NCBI GenBank assembly: GCA_963785305.1
Contig: CAWAUV010000004.1
Coordinates: 448,001-512,000, forward strand
Direction of reading: 5' to 3'
DNA: 64,000 bases
Source of the DNA: an uncultured Planctomycetaceae bacterium
Lineage (GTDB): Bacteria; Planctomycetota; Planctomycetia; Pirellulales; PALSA-1355
Every line of letters starts with the position of its first letter. Within the stretch, counting starts at the first letter, position 1. This document shows, one piece after another, positions 45,078 through 57,253 of the stretch. The position numbers and the translations under genes are program-made. The notes beneath the pieces were generated by a model. The model worked only from the letters and a program-made list of their open reading frames with translations, did no database searches and was not told the origin of the DNA.

Positions 45078-48000
45078 ATGGCTGCTGCCGACATTGTCAT
45101 CAAAGGCGCCCGCGAACACAATCTGCGGGAAGTCGATCTTTCTCTACCGCGCAATCGATTAATCTGCCTGACCGGCGTGAGCGGTTCGGGCAAGAGCTCC
45201 CTGGCGTTCGACACGCTCTACGCCGAAGGTCAGCGGCGCTATGTCGAAAGCCTGTCTAGTTTTGCGCCAGTTTCTCGGCCAGATGCCGAAGCCCGATGTG
45301 GATTTCATTGGCGGCCTGAGCCCTTCGATCTCGATTTCGCAGAAATCTTCGGGCCAAAACCCGCGCTCGACCGTCGGCACGATCACCGAAATCCACGACT
45401 ACTTGCGAGTGCTCTACGCCCGCGCCGGTTTGGGCCATTGCCCCCGCTGCCAGCGCGAGATCACGGCCCAGACGCGCGAGCAAATTATCGACCGGATCGG
45501 CGAACTGCCCGCCGGCGCCCGCTATTCGATGCTCGCTCCGCTGGTGAAGGCTCAAAAGGGTGAATACCGCGATCTGTTCGAAGACTTGCTCAAGCAGGGA
45601 TTCGTGCGGGCTCGCGTCGATGGCGAGATTTACTTGCTCACCGACAACGTGATGCTCGATCGCCAAATGCGGCACACGATCGAAGTCGTGATCGATCGGC
45701 TCGTGGCGGGCGAAGGACGCGCTCGACTCGCCGAAGCGGTCGATCTCGCGCTCCGGCTCGGCGGCGGAAGTTTGATCGTGGCCCCCGAGGCGGGGCGCCC
45801 CTCCGAGAGCGCCGGGCCGGTTGAAGAAGTCGGTGGCGAGGCTGCCGCGGACGGGGGCGTTGCCGAACCCGAATTGGCTCGCGAGAAAACCGGCGTCCGC
45901 AAGAAGCGCTCGGCTCGCGGCGGAAAGGTCCCGGGCGATCTCCAACTCTCGGCCCACTATGCCTGCACCCATTGCGGCCTGAGTTTCGAGCCGCCCACGC
46001 CGCAGCTCTTCAGCTTCAACAGCCCGCAAGGCATGTGCGGCGCGTGTTCCGGCCTGGGGCATCAATACACGTTCGTTCCCGAGCGGCTCACGCCCGACCC
46101 GAGCCTGTCGTTCAAACAAGGCTGCATCGAGCTGATCGGCCCTTGGAAGGAACTGGGGCGTTGGAAGCGGCATATCTTCAGCGGCGTGGCCCATGCCGTC
46201 GAACGCAAACACGAGCTGCCCGAAGGCACGATGCTCGAAACGCCCTGGCAAGAGCTATCGCCCGAATTGCAAAACCTCTGGCTCCACGGCACGGGCGATC
46301 TGCACATCACCTTCACCTGGCGCTCCGGCGGCCATGGTCAAAAATATGGCGGCCACTTCGAGGGCATCATTCCGCAGTTGCTCTCGCGACATCGGAACTC
46401 GCAAAGCAAAATGCAGATTCGACAACTCGAAAAGCACATGAGCGTGCTCGATTGTCCGGAATGCCACGGCGGCCGGCTCAATCCGCAAGCCGCGGCCGTG
46501 CGGCTTACGACCCGGCATCCCCAGTTCGCCGAACAGCCCGCGCGCTCGCTGCCCGAGGTTTGCCATCTGCCGATCGCCGACGCCACTCGCTTTTTCGAAT
46601 CGCTCGCCCTCGAGGGCGCTCGAGCCCGCGTGGCCGACGAGATATTGAAAGAGATTCGCGGTCGGCTCGGCTTTCTCTCGAATGTGGGCCTCGATTATCT
46701 CACGCTCGACCGCACCGCGCCCACGCTTTCGGGCGGCGAGTCGCAGCGCATCCGACTGGCCGGGCAAATCGGCTGCGGGCTCGTGGGCGTGCTTTATATT
46801 CTCGACGAACCCTCGATCGGCCTCCATCCGCGCGACAACGACCGCTTGCTCGACACGCTCACGGCCCTGCGCGATCTGGGCAATACCGTGGTGGTGGTCG
46901 AGCACGACGAAGACACGATGCGGGCGGCCGACCACATCATCGACTTTGGCCCCGGCCCGGGAGTGCGCGGTGGATATGTCGTGGCGTCGGGCGGCGTGGC
47001 CGAGTTGTCCGCGGCGCCGAAGAGCGTCACCGGCAAATTTCTCTCCGGCGAAATGGCGATCGAAGAGCCCGCCGCGACTCGTCCGCGCACCGGCAAGTCG
47101 CTCAAGATCGTCAATGCCAGGCACAACAATCTGACCGGTGTCGATGTCGAGATTCCTTTGGGCGCCCTGGTATGCGTTACCGGAGTGTCGGGTTCGGGCA
47201 AGAGCTCGCTGGTCAATGATATCTTGGCCGACACATTGCACCGCGACCTCAATGGCGGCGAATCGGAGCCGGGGGAACACGACCGGATCGAGGGGGTCGA
47301 GCATCTCGACAAGATGATCGCCATCGATCAATCGCCCATCGGCCGCACGCCGCGATCGAACCCCTCGACCTATATCAAGCTGTTCGACGAAATTCGCGAT
47401 CTCTACACCCAGCTTCCCGAATCGAAAGCCCGCGGCTACAAGGCCGGCCGCTTTAGTTTCAATGTCCCCGGCGGTCGTTGCGAAGCCTGCGAGGGCAATG
47501 GGTCGAACAAGCTCGACATGGACTTCCTGGCCGATGTGTGGGTCACTTGCCCGGTGTGCGAGGGGCGACGATTCAACCGCGAAACCCTGCAAGTGCGTTT
47601 CAAGGGCAAGAGCATTTCCGAAGTGCTCGAAATGGATGTGCAAGAGGCCGTCGCTCATTTCGAGAATGTGCCCAAGATTCGCCACAAATTGCAGACCTTG
47701 CACGATGTCGGGCTCGACTATCTGAAGCTCGGCCAACCTTCGCCCACGCTCTCGGGCGGCGAAGCCCAGCGGGTGAAACTGGCCCGGGAACTGGTCAAGC
47801 GCAGCACCGGCCGCACTCTGTATCTGCTCGATGAACCGACGACCGGCCTGCACTTCGCCGATATCAAGCTGCTGCTCAAGGTGTTGCACGGCTTTGTCGA
47901 CGCCGGCAACACGGTGCTGGTGGTCGAGCATAATCTCGATGTGATCAAGACCGCCGACTGGCTGATCGACATGGGGCCCGAGGGCGGTCGCGGCGGCGGA

Positions 48001-51000
48001 CGGATCATCGCCTGCGGCCCTCCGCGGGCGGTGGCCGCGGTCGAAGCTTCCTACACCGGCCGCGCCTTGGCCGCGGTGTTCGATCCCGCGCTGCGTCCGG
48101 CGCCACGCGAATCGGGCCGGGCCGCGCCGGTGTCGCATCGCGCGATTCGCGTTCGCGGCGCTCGACAGCACAATTTGAAAGATATCGACGTCGAGATTCC
48201 CCGCGACCAAATGACCGTTTGCTGCGGCATGAGCGGTTCGGGCAAGAGCTCGCTGGCCATGGACACGATCTACGCCGAAGGCCAGCGCCGTTATGTCGAA
48301 AGTCTTAGTTCCTATGCGCGGCAGTTCGTCGGTCAAATGCAGAAGCCGGCCCTCGATCATATCGAGGGGCTCTCGCCGGCGATCGCCATCGAGCAAAAAC
48401 ATCTCGGCCACACGCCGCGCTCGACCGTGGGCACCGTGACCGAGATATACGACTACATTCGCATTCTCATGGCCCGGCTCGGAGAGCCCTATTGCCCCGA
48501 CTGCGACCTGCCGATCGGGACTCAAACCGCCGACGAGATCACGGACAAGATTCTCGCCGAACCGCCGGGCACGAAGCTGTTTATCATGGCCCCCATGGAA
48601 GTGGCCGTGGGCGAGCAGTATGAAACGCTCTGGGACGATATGCGGTCTCGCGGTTTCGTGCGTGCCCGGGTCGATGGCCAAACCCACGCGCTCGACGCGA
48701 TGCCCGCGATCGATCGCCGCCGCAAGCATGCGGTCGAAGTGGTGATCGATCGGATCGCGGTCCGGCCCGACGCTCGCGCTCGGCTCGCCGACACAGTCGA
48801 GCAAGCGCTCTCGCTCGGCAAGGGCGTGTTGCATGTGGCTTATGCCCATGATGAACAGCCGGAGCCGAAGTGGCGGGTCGAGATTCACAGCCAGCATTTT
48901 GCCTGCGACCGCTGCGGGCGGAGTTTCGACCGGCTCACGCCGCATAGCTTTTCGTTCAATAGCTCGCTGGGCTGGTGTCCCTCGTGCGAAGGTCTTGGCA
49001 CGCAAACCGGCGCCGATCCGGCCGCCCTATTGCGCGACCCCAAGCTCACGCTGGCCGAAGGCGCCGTGGCGATTTGGCCGATGGCCGGCAATCCGCTTTT
49101 CGAGCGGATATTGAAAGCGCTTTCCACCCATACCGGGGTTCCGATCGACACGCCGTTCGATCAGCTCAGCGCCCGGCAGCGGCGCGTGCTGTTTTATGGC
49201 CTGGGCGATGAATGGATCGATGTTTCGGCGCCGGGCAAGCGCGCCAAGACCGATCGGCCGCTGTTTCGCTTTCAGTTCAAGGGCTTCTATCCGGCGGTCG
49301 AGGAAGCGGCCCGGCTTTCGCCCGCCCTGCGAGCGCGCTGGGATAGCCTGGTGGGCGAAGTCGAATGTTCGACCTGCGGCGGTAGCCGCCTGCGCGACGA
49401 CGCCGGCGCGGTGCGTTTGCGTGGGCAGACGGTCGATGGCTTGTGCCGCATGCCGCTCGGGCAGCTCACCGCCTGGTTCGCGGACTGGAACCTCGACAAG
49501 CGCGAGCAAAAAATCGCCGGCGAATTGGTGCGCGAAGTCCGCAATCGCTTGAATTTCCTGCTCGAAGTGGGCCTCGAATATCTTTCGCTCGGCCGGCCGG
49601 CGCCCACGCTCTCGGGCGGCGAAGCCCAGCGGATTCGGCTGGCCAGTCAGGTGGGCAGCGGCCTGTGCGGGGTGTTGTATGTGCTCGACGAACCGACGAT
49701 TGGCCTGCACCCGCGCGACAATCGCCGCTTGATCGGCGCGCTCGAGAAGCTTCGCGATCTCGGCAACACGCTCCTCGTGGTCGAACACGACCGCGAGGTG
49801 CTCGCCGCCGCCGACATGCTGCTCGACTTTGGCCCGGCCGCCGGCGATGGCGGGGGACGGATCGTGGCTCGCGGCGCACCGGCGCAGGTGGCCAAGCAAA
49901 AAGACTCGATCACGGGCCCCTTCCTTTCGGGCAAGAAGGCGATCGCCGTGCCGACGAATCGGCGCTGCGCCGGCCCGACGCCGATGGGGACGACGCCCGC
50001 GCGGACAAAACTCCGTCGAGCAAAGGCGCGACGCGAAAGCCGAGCTCGAAGACCGCGAAGTCCGGCGGCAAACAGGTCGCGCTGCCCGCTCCCGCGGCGG
50101 CCAAGCGTGGCGTTCGCCCGGGCGATGATCTCGAAGCGCCCGGCGGTTGGCTCGAAGTGGTCGGCGCTCGGCATCACAATCTTCGCAATGTCACGGCCCG
50201 CTTCCCGCTCGGCTGCTTCACCGTGGTCTGCGGGGTGAGCGGTAGCGGCAAGAGCTCGTTGGTCGAGGATGTGATGTGCAATGCTTTGGCGAAGGCCTTG
50301 CACCGCGCCAGCGCCGCCCCCGGCGCCCACGACGCGATTCGCGGGCTCGAACTCATCAACAAAGTGATTCGCGTCGATCAGCAGCCGCTCGGCAACACGC
50401 CGACGTCGAACCCCGCCACCTACACGGGCGTGTTCGACCTGATTCGCAATCTGTTTGCCCAACTGCCCGAGTCGCGGCTCCGCGGCTACACGGCCCGGCG
50501 GTTTAGTTTCAATGTGCCCGGCGGGCGCTGCGAGGCCTGCGAGGGCAATGGGCAATTGCGGATCGAAATGCACTTCCTGCCCGATGTGTGGGTCGAGTGC
50601 GAAACGTGCGGCGGCAAGCGCTACAATCCCGAAACGCTCGCGGTGCGATACCATGGCCAGAGCATTGCCGATGTGCTGGCGATGTCGTGCGCCAAGGCCG
50701 CCAAGCTGTTCGAAAACATTCCCCAGGTGCGGCGCATCTTGCAGACGCTCTGCGATGTGGGGCTCGACTATGTGCGGCTTGGCCAGCCGGCCCCCACGCT
50801 CTCGGGCGGCGAGGCCCAGCGGGTGAAGTTGGCCGCCGAACTGGCCCGGCCCGACACCGGTCGCACTCTGTATCTGCTCGACGAACCGACCACGGGCCTG
50901 CATTTCGAGGACATCGCCAAGCTGCTCGATGTGCTCAATCGGCTGGTCGACCTGGGCAATAGCGTGGTGGTGATCGAACATAATCTCGATGTGATCAAGA

Positions 51001-52338
51001 CGGCCGACTGGATTATCGAAATGGGCCCCGAGGCCGGGCACGGCGGCGGCTCGATTGTCGTGGCCGGCACGCCCGAAGAGGTCGCCGCGCATGCGGCCCG
51101 GTGGCAGGAAGCCGCGGGCGCCGCGTTGGAAAACGGCGCGATATCGGGAAGCGTCGCGGGGCCGAGCGAGCCCCCGGCGCGGGCGGCGAAGAAGTCGCGT
51201 GGCTCGCGCTCGAGCCCCGCGCGAGCGATCGTGCCCGCCGACGCCGGGTTGCTCCGCTCGCACACCGGCGAGGCGCTCGCAAGAAGTGCTCGCCGCGGGG
51301 CCGCGCCGCGAGCGCGGCGTCCATGACTTTGCCGCCTCCACCGAGCGCCGCGAGGGCGACGTGGATATCGCCGACTTCGGGCGCGACGCTCCGATGCCCT
51401 GGGAAGCCGATGGCCGCCGCTGGCACACCGTGGATCGCGTCGGCCGCGATGGCTCGTCATGTAAATGGGAAGGCCGCGCACTCGCGGCCGTGGTCGACCG
51501 GGTGCGCGAACTCGGCGACTTCAGCGACACGAACTGGAACAGCCGCACGATTGTCGAGATCGCGTCGAGCAAGAAAAGCGAAGGCTGGTTTTTTCACGCC
51601 TCGACCGGCGACCTGTGGCTCTTGAAGCTGAAGTTTCGCGCGGCGAAAAACACCTTCCAGCGCGATTCGCTCATCGCCGATCTGGCCCTCAAGCCGCTCG
51701 ATGATCTGCCCGACCTGCCGGTCTATGGTCGCGAACAACGGGTCAAAGTGAAAAACGCGCCGGGCCCCTGGCAAGAGATTCAGATCGCGGTGCATAGTTT
51801 CGCAGAGATCGATCGCCCGGCGTTTTGGAAGTTTCTCGAGCGCGCCGCGGCGGGATTCGCCAAGGTAATGGATCGCACTCGGCAGAATCCCGAGGATGTG
51901 ATGCCCTGGAAGGCGCTGGGCCAAAAATGGCACTTTGCCCGCAAGGGATTCCCGCCTGGCCGTCCGCCCCAGTGGGAAACCGAAACGCTCGAGGAGCTGT
52001 GCGAAATCCTGCAACAAGCCGCGCCCCATGGCCAAATGCTGTGGAACAACCAGCAGGTGGTGCATATGTTCGTCGCCGAGCAACGCGAACCCTGGGCCAG
52101 CTTGTGGACCAAACGTTCCGCCGCCTTGGAGCTCGCTCTCGCCGGTCCCGCGGGCCACTTCACCCTGGGTCGCATCGCCCAGCTTGGCGGTGATCGCGAA
52201 CTTGTCGCCGGGCCAGGGCTCGATGTCGTGAAGCTTCGCTTTCAATCGGTCGAGGACCTCGAGCGCGGCGACCTGGGCGCCTTTATTCGGGAACATCTCG
52301 CGACGTTGGCCGCCGCCAAGCGCCAAGCCGTGGGCTGA
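45078..52338 (+). CDS. uvrA: Excinuclease ABC subunit A, tandem-duplicated form (~2,420 aa) with extra C-terminal domain
   Basis: Four GxSGSGKSS Walker A motifs (~45174, 47182, 48226, 50232), four LSGGE.QR/DEP motifs, zinc fingers. Indels at ~45265, 49963 and 51275 restore one frame. Confidence 0.93.
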
Positions 52339-52376
52339 AACATCCGTGGATCGTGGCTTGTAGATTGGTGATTTGA

Positions 52377-53030
52377 ATGAGCGCTCCCTTGTTGCCCGCG
52401 CGGTTTGCCTTTCGCTTCGCGGCCGTTTGCCGCCGCGCCGAAAAAATCTGGAGCGCCGATGGCATTGTGCTTGGCGAGGAACATCGCTTGCCAGCGCTCG
52501 GCGAGCTCGATGGCCGAGGAACCTTTGCCGATGTGCGCACCGCCTGGAATGAGCTCGGCCTCGCGTTTACCGTGAGTGTCTCGGGCAAGCGCCATCCGCT
52601 CTGGTGTCGCGAATCGAAGCCCGACGATAGCGACGCGCTGCAACTCTGGATCAGCACGCGCGACACGCAAAACATTCACCGCGCGAGCCGTTTTTGCCAT
52701 CGGTTCGTATTCATGCCCGCGGGCGGCGGGCGGCAAAACACGGCGCCGCTCGCCGACCAACTGCTGGTCGATCGCGCGCGGGAAAACGCCGCTCCGGTGC
52801 GGCCGGGAATGCTGGGAGTACAAGCCAAGGTTCGGGCCGATGGCTACCAAATGTCGTGCTTTATTCCCTCGGGAGCACTCACCGGCTACCAGCCCGACGA
52901 ACATACCCGAATTGGCTTTACGTATTTTCTGTTCGACCGCGAGTTCGGCGAGCAGTCGTTTAGCCTGGGCAGTGAACTGCCGTTTGCCTCCGACCCCGGC
53001 CTTTGGGCCACGCTGGAACTGGCGCCGTGA
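52377..53030 (+). CDS. Hypothetical protein, possibly CBM9/DOMON-like fold
   Basis: FADVRTAWNELGL, DALQLWISTR, GY...IP...L and F..DP..W.TLEL resemble CBM9-like beta-sandwiches (from recall). Confidence 0.55.
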   Translation: MSAPLLPARFAFRFAAVCRRAEKIWSADGIVLGEEHRLPALGELDGRGTFADVRTAWNELGLAFTVSVSGKRHPLWCRESKPDDSDALQLWISTRDTQNIHRASRFCHRFVFMPAGGGRQNTAPLADQLLVDRARENAAPVRPGMLGVQAKVRADGYQMSCFIPSGALTGYQPDEHTRIGFTYFLFDREFGEQSFSLGSELPFASDPGLWATLELAP

Positions 53031-53120
53031 AGCGCGGCGAGCGGGATCGGCGGCAATTTCCCCTGCCGGGCGTTCGCCCCCAATGCGCGGGATTTTTCCC
53101 CAATTCGTGACGCGCAATCG

Positions 53121-53148
53121 TTGACATGGGCCTCCCGCCGATTACCAT
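53121..53148 (+). promoter_or_regulatory. Putative sigma70 promoter TTGACA-16-TACCAT
   Basis: Upstream of the AAGGAG RBS of the PEP-CTERM gene. Confidence 0.45.
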
Positions 53149-53214
53149 CACAGGTATATCTCCACGCATCCCGCACAAGATGCGTGATCGTCAGTTCGTT
53201 TAAGGAGCCGCCCC

Positions 53215-54084
53215 ATGCCTTCCGGTCCGTCGGGTTTCGCCAATATTGATCGAGATCGAGGCGGTCTTTGGCTCCGAGCGCCGGTTGCGCATTCTTTCCT
53301 TGTCGTGACTTTATTTTGCGGCGCATTGGCGAATGTCGCCCGCGGCGACATGATCGGCGTGCAATTTCCCAACGGCAGCGCACTTACCGCGACTCAAGTG
53401 GCTGGGGTCGTGCCGCAAGACAATTTCAATACGCTCACGCTCGGCGTTTCTGGTTTTTCTCCAGCGACGCTCAACGACAACAACGGAAGCCTGACCACCG
53501 CGACTTTGACAACGACCGCGACTCCAAGCACCTATCCCACCAGCGCTGGAAACGCGACGCCCGACAACATCCTCAACTCCAATGTTCTCAACAGTGGTCC
53601 GGGAATTAGCGGGGGCAATCCCGCTCCGGCGGGCACGGATGTCACCGGGGGCCAAAACGCGAGTTTCACGATCAGTGGCGTGCCGTATTCCAGTTACGAT
53701 TTGATCGTCTACGAACTGGACAACGCCGCCCGAACCGAAGGCACGACCGTCGGCTCGACCACTTATTGGCTCGGTTCGCCGAACGCCACGAGCGCTTCGC
53801 CCTATGTGTATACGCAAGGCGTTGGCGCAACCTATACAACCCCCACCATTACTGCGAACTATGTCGAGTTCACGAACCTCTCCGGTTCCACGCTCACATT
53901 TACGTTGACCGTGCCCACGGCCGGAAGCCTGGGAGCAGTTTCTTACGGCTCGAATGCGAACATTTTCATCAACGGCTTCCAGATCGTTTCGGTTCCGGAA
54001 CCGTCTTCAATCGTCCTGCTTGGAATCGGCGTTGGCGGCCTGCTCGCCGCTCGCCTGCTGAGGCGAAATCGCGGCGTTCGCTAA
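53215..54084 (+). CDS. PEP-CTERM sorting-domain protein
   Basis: Signal peptide ending ARG|D, T/S/N/G-rich body, ends VPEPSSIVLLGIGVGGLLAARLLRRNR. Confidence 0.88.
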   Translation: MPSGPSGFANIDRDRGGLWLRAPVAHSFLVVTLFCGALANVARGDMIGVQFPNGSALTATQVAGVVPQDNFNTLTLGVSGFSPATLNDNNGSLTTATLTTTATPSTYPTSAGNATPDNILNSNVLNSGPGISGGNPAPAGTDVTGGQNASFTISGVPYSSYDLIVYELDNAARTEGTTVGSTTYWLGSPNATSASPYVYTQGVGATYTTPTITANYVEFTNLSGSTLTFTLTVPTAGSLGAVSYGSNANIFINGFQIVSVPEPSSIVLLGIGVGGLLAARLLRRNRGVR

Positions 54085-54141
54085 TCGCCTGTTGAAATAT
54101 TCAGCAAGCTGCTAAGCTCGCCGGACTCCGTTAGCCGCGAA

Positions 54142-56203
54142 TCATTCCGTCGCTTTGGGCCGCGGCGTCGAGCGGCGGTCGTTTTCGTAGCGCGTTGCAA
54201 TCTGTTCGAGTGTTGCCCCCAAGGTCTTATCGATCGGGCGGCGGCGCTGGGCTCGCGAGAGCCAATCGTGGGCCAGGAGCAAATCAGGCGTCGAACGGCC
54301 GCCGCTTAGTAGTAGATAGGTCTCACCGATGCGCCGGGCATATTCCGCGTTCCAGGCGCCGGCCCCGCGCCGCGAGTTCGGCCGCGGGCAGCAACGATCG
54401 CGACTGGGCCTCGAGCTCCGCGGGGTCGTCGCCCGGAAGCACGGGCCGCTCGAAGTTCTCGCGAAGTGGATCGATTGCCCGGTCGGCGGCCCATTCTCGC
54501 GCCGCGCTCCAAGCCCCGGCAATCAGCAATGCGCCGGTGATCGCCTGAGCCGCCCGGCGGCGAAATGTCGGCGCGAGCTCATGAAAAGTTTCCCAAGATT
54601 GCGGCCCGCGGCCCCGCGAACGCCGTGCGGCGGATTCGAGAACGCTCGCGGCCTGGGCATCGGGCCGGATGGGGCGCGCCCCATGGCGGGCCGCCATCGC
54701 CACTCCGAGCGCGAGCGCCGCTAAAAGCGCATTGGCCGGCACATGCAAATTCCAGTCGACCAGCGAGTGGAGCGCGATCGCGGCCAGCGCCACCGCCGCG
54801 CCGCTCGCCGCCGCGATCTGACCCCACGAACGCTCGACGGCCGGGGGAGGGTCGCCGGGCCGGCACATGGTTCGCCACGACCAAATTGCCCAGCCAACGA
54901 AGGCGAGCATCGTCAAGCCGAGGAAACCGGTTTCGGCGAGCAGTTGGGCGTAGTCGTTGTGCGCAAAATACCAAAAGGTGGGATTCGGCGCGACAGCGGC
55001 CGGCGCCATCGTTCCAAAGCCGCCCAGTCCGACGCCCGAGAGCAGGTTGGCGCGAAAGATCCGCCAGCAGACCGTCCACCAAAACATGCGACCTTGCAGC
55101 GAGAGCGAGGCGTATTGGAGCGTGCCTTCATCGATCGGGGTCGCCAAGCGATGCAGCGTCGCGGCGTCGGTCCTTTCCGCCGCGGCGACGAAAAATCCGA
55201 CGACGGCGAACACGAACACGACCGCCGCCGCGAGCCACAAATATCGCCACGCCGAGCGACGCTGGTTCGCGTCGGCCCACAGGGTCGTAATTGCCGCGAG
55301 CACGAGTCCCGCCGCGCCGGCTCGGCTTTGGGCGTCGAACAACACCGTCGCCACGGCGCCGGTCGCGAGCGCCACGACTCCGATCGGCCCGAACACTCGC
55401 AGCACGCGAAACTTCAACCCGCCCCAGGCGGCCAACCACAACCCAAATGCGAATGGCAAGCACAGTTCCAGGCATCCGGCGAAATGATTGCTCACGACAA
55501 ACGAGCCGAACACGTCGCCCAACTCCATGCGCGGGGCACAATAGCGGATCGGGCCGAAATCGAAGATCGTCGCCACGCTCACGCTCGACGTATGCAGCAC
55601 CGGCCACCGTCCGCTGATCCGCCAGAAGGTATAGGGCGCGAGCATATCGTGCCAAGTCCCGTAGATCGACCTGTAGCGGCCCGGATAGAAGGCGAGCCCG
55701 ATCGCCCATTCGGAGAGCCCGAGCGCCCCGATGCCGACCGAAAACACGGCGGCGCCGCGTGGCCCGGCGGCGAGCGACGCGACCGCCACGGCGGCCAGAA
55801 GAAACGGCGCCGCTTGCGCGCCAGTTCGCCAAGTTGCTTCGGGATAGACCGACAAACAGCTCCGCGGGGCTTCGCCGAGCTCCTTGCGGCACTCTTGCTG
55901 GGCCGACCAAGCCGTGGGCGCGGCCCACTCGACCACGCGCTCCGGCAGCGGCGCAACTTGAATCAGCGCGACCGCCAACGGCGCGAACGCCGCGAAGAGC
56001 AGCCGCGCCGGCGGGCGATCGTCGCGAGTCCAGGTGATCGTCCACAAGAGCCCCGCGCCGGCGACGAGCATTTCGAGCGCGGCATAGCCCCAGGTGAGCG
56101 TCGCCCCGTAGGCCAGCACCGCAAACACCGCGGCGCCGATCAGCAGCGCCGCGGCCAGGCCCCGGGCCCATGATCTCCAGCTCGCGCGGCCGAATCGCGA
56201 CAT
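54142..56203 (-). CDS. O-antigen ligase / oligosaccharyltransferase-like membrane protein with TPR-like tail
   Basis: GSFVVSNHFAG.LEL, SRAG, GR...W, GVGLGGF, AHNDYAQLLAETG, HSLVDWNLHVPAN. Indel near 54356. Confidence 0.8.
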
Positions 56204-56230
56204 TGCCAAACCTTTAAATCCGCCGCGCGA

Positions 56231-57031
56231 TTATTTGAACGCTTGATCCGGACTCGGAAAAACACCGCCCCGCACATCGCGACGAAAGCGGGTCACGGCG
56301 TCGTGAATCGTGCCTTTGAGGTCGGCATAGGGTTTGACGAACCGCGGCACATAGCCGCTCGTGATACCCAAGAGATCGTTGACCACTAGAATTTGCCCGT
56401 CGCACTCGGCGCCGGCGCCGATGCCGATCGTGGGAATCGCGACCATCGCCGTGATTTCCGCCGCGAGATCGGCCGGAATGCATTCGAGCACCATCGCGAA
56501 TGCGCCCGCCTCTTCGGCTGCCCGGGCGTCGAGCTTGAGTTGCTCGGCGTCGCGCTGCACTTTGTAGCCGCCGAGCACATTGACGCTCTGGGGCCGAAGA
56601 CCGACATGGGCCATCACCGGAATACCGGCCGCGACCAGCGCCGCGATCACACCGGCCTGGGCGGCGCCGCCCTCGAGTTTGACGGCCGTGGCCCGAGTTT
56701 CCTTTAGAATACGGCCCGCCGCGGCCACGGCTTTGTATTGCCCCAAATGATGGCTGGGAAACGGCATGTCGACCACAAGCAGCGCTCGCCGCACGGCGCG
56801 TCCGACCATTTCCGCGTGGTAGATCATCTCGTCGAGCGTGACCGGCAACGTGGTGGCATGGCCTTGCACGACCATCGAGAGGCTGTCGCCCACCAAAATG
56901 CCCTCGACGCCCGCCGCGTCCAACAGGCCGGCCATCGCGTGGTCGTAGGCCGTGAGCATGGTGATCTTGTGGCCCTCGGCCTTCATCGCCGTGAATTTCG
57001 GAACGGTGATCGGGGAGGAATCCGGAGCCAT
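56231..57031 (-). CDS. panB: 3-methyl-2-oxobutanoate hydroxymethyltransferase
   Basis: MLTAYD, LVGDSL, DMPF, VKLEGG, HVGLRPQ, PTIGIGAG..CDGQ.LV..DLLG. Confidence 0.96.
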   Translation of the reverse strand: MAPDSSPITVPKFTAMKAEGHKITMLTAYDHAMAGLLDAAGVEGILVGDSLSMVVQGHATTLPVTLDEMIYHAEMVGRAVRRALLVVDMPFPSHHLGQYKAVAAAGRILKETRATAVKLEGGAAQAGVIAALVAAGIPVMAHVGLRPQSVNVLGGYKVQRDAEQLKLDARAAEEAGAFAMVLECIPADLAAEITAMVAIPTIGIGAGAECDGQILVVNDLLGITSGYVPRFVKPYADLKGTIHDAVTRFRRDVRGGVFPSPDQAFK

Positions 57032-57253
57032 GCGAACCGATGCCTGGAGGTGCTAAACACTTGCGATTCTCGCGCGAACGATCATTGTCGCTCGGCGCAA
57101 GCCCGGGGGCAACCTCGCTCGCCGCGGGCCGCCGAATACTCCAGCTAGTCCCGCGGGCAGCGGGCGTTGCTTACAGCCTATCCGACAAACTCCTCCCGCT
57201 CCCCGCATGGGAGCGGGTAGGCCGGAGGCTCGCGGAAGTTCTCGGATAGACTC

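Noticed and set aside
57195..57217. REP-like hairpin CCCGCTCCC-N5-GGGAGCGGG
   Set aside because: Only one loosely similar hairpin (26716-26730) in the window; too little to call a repeat family.
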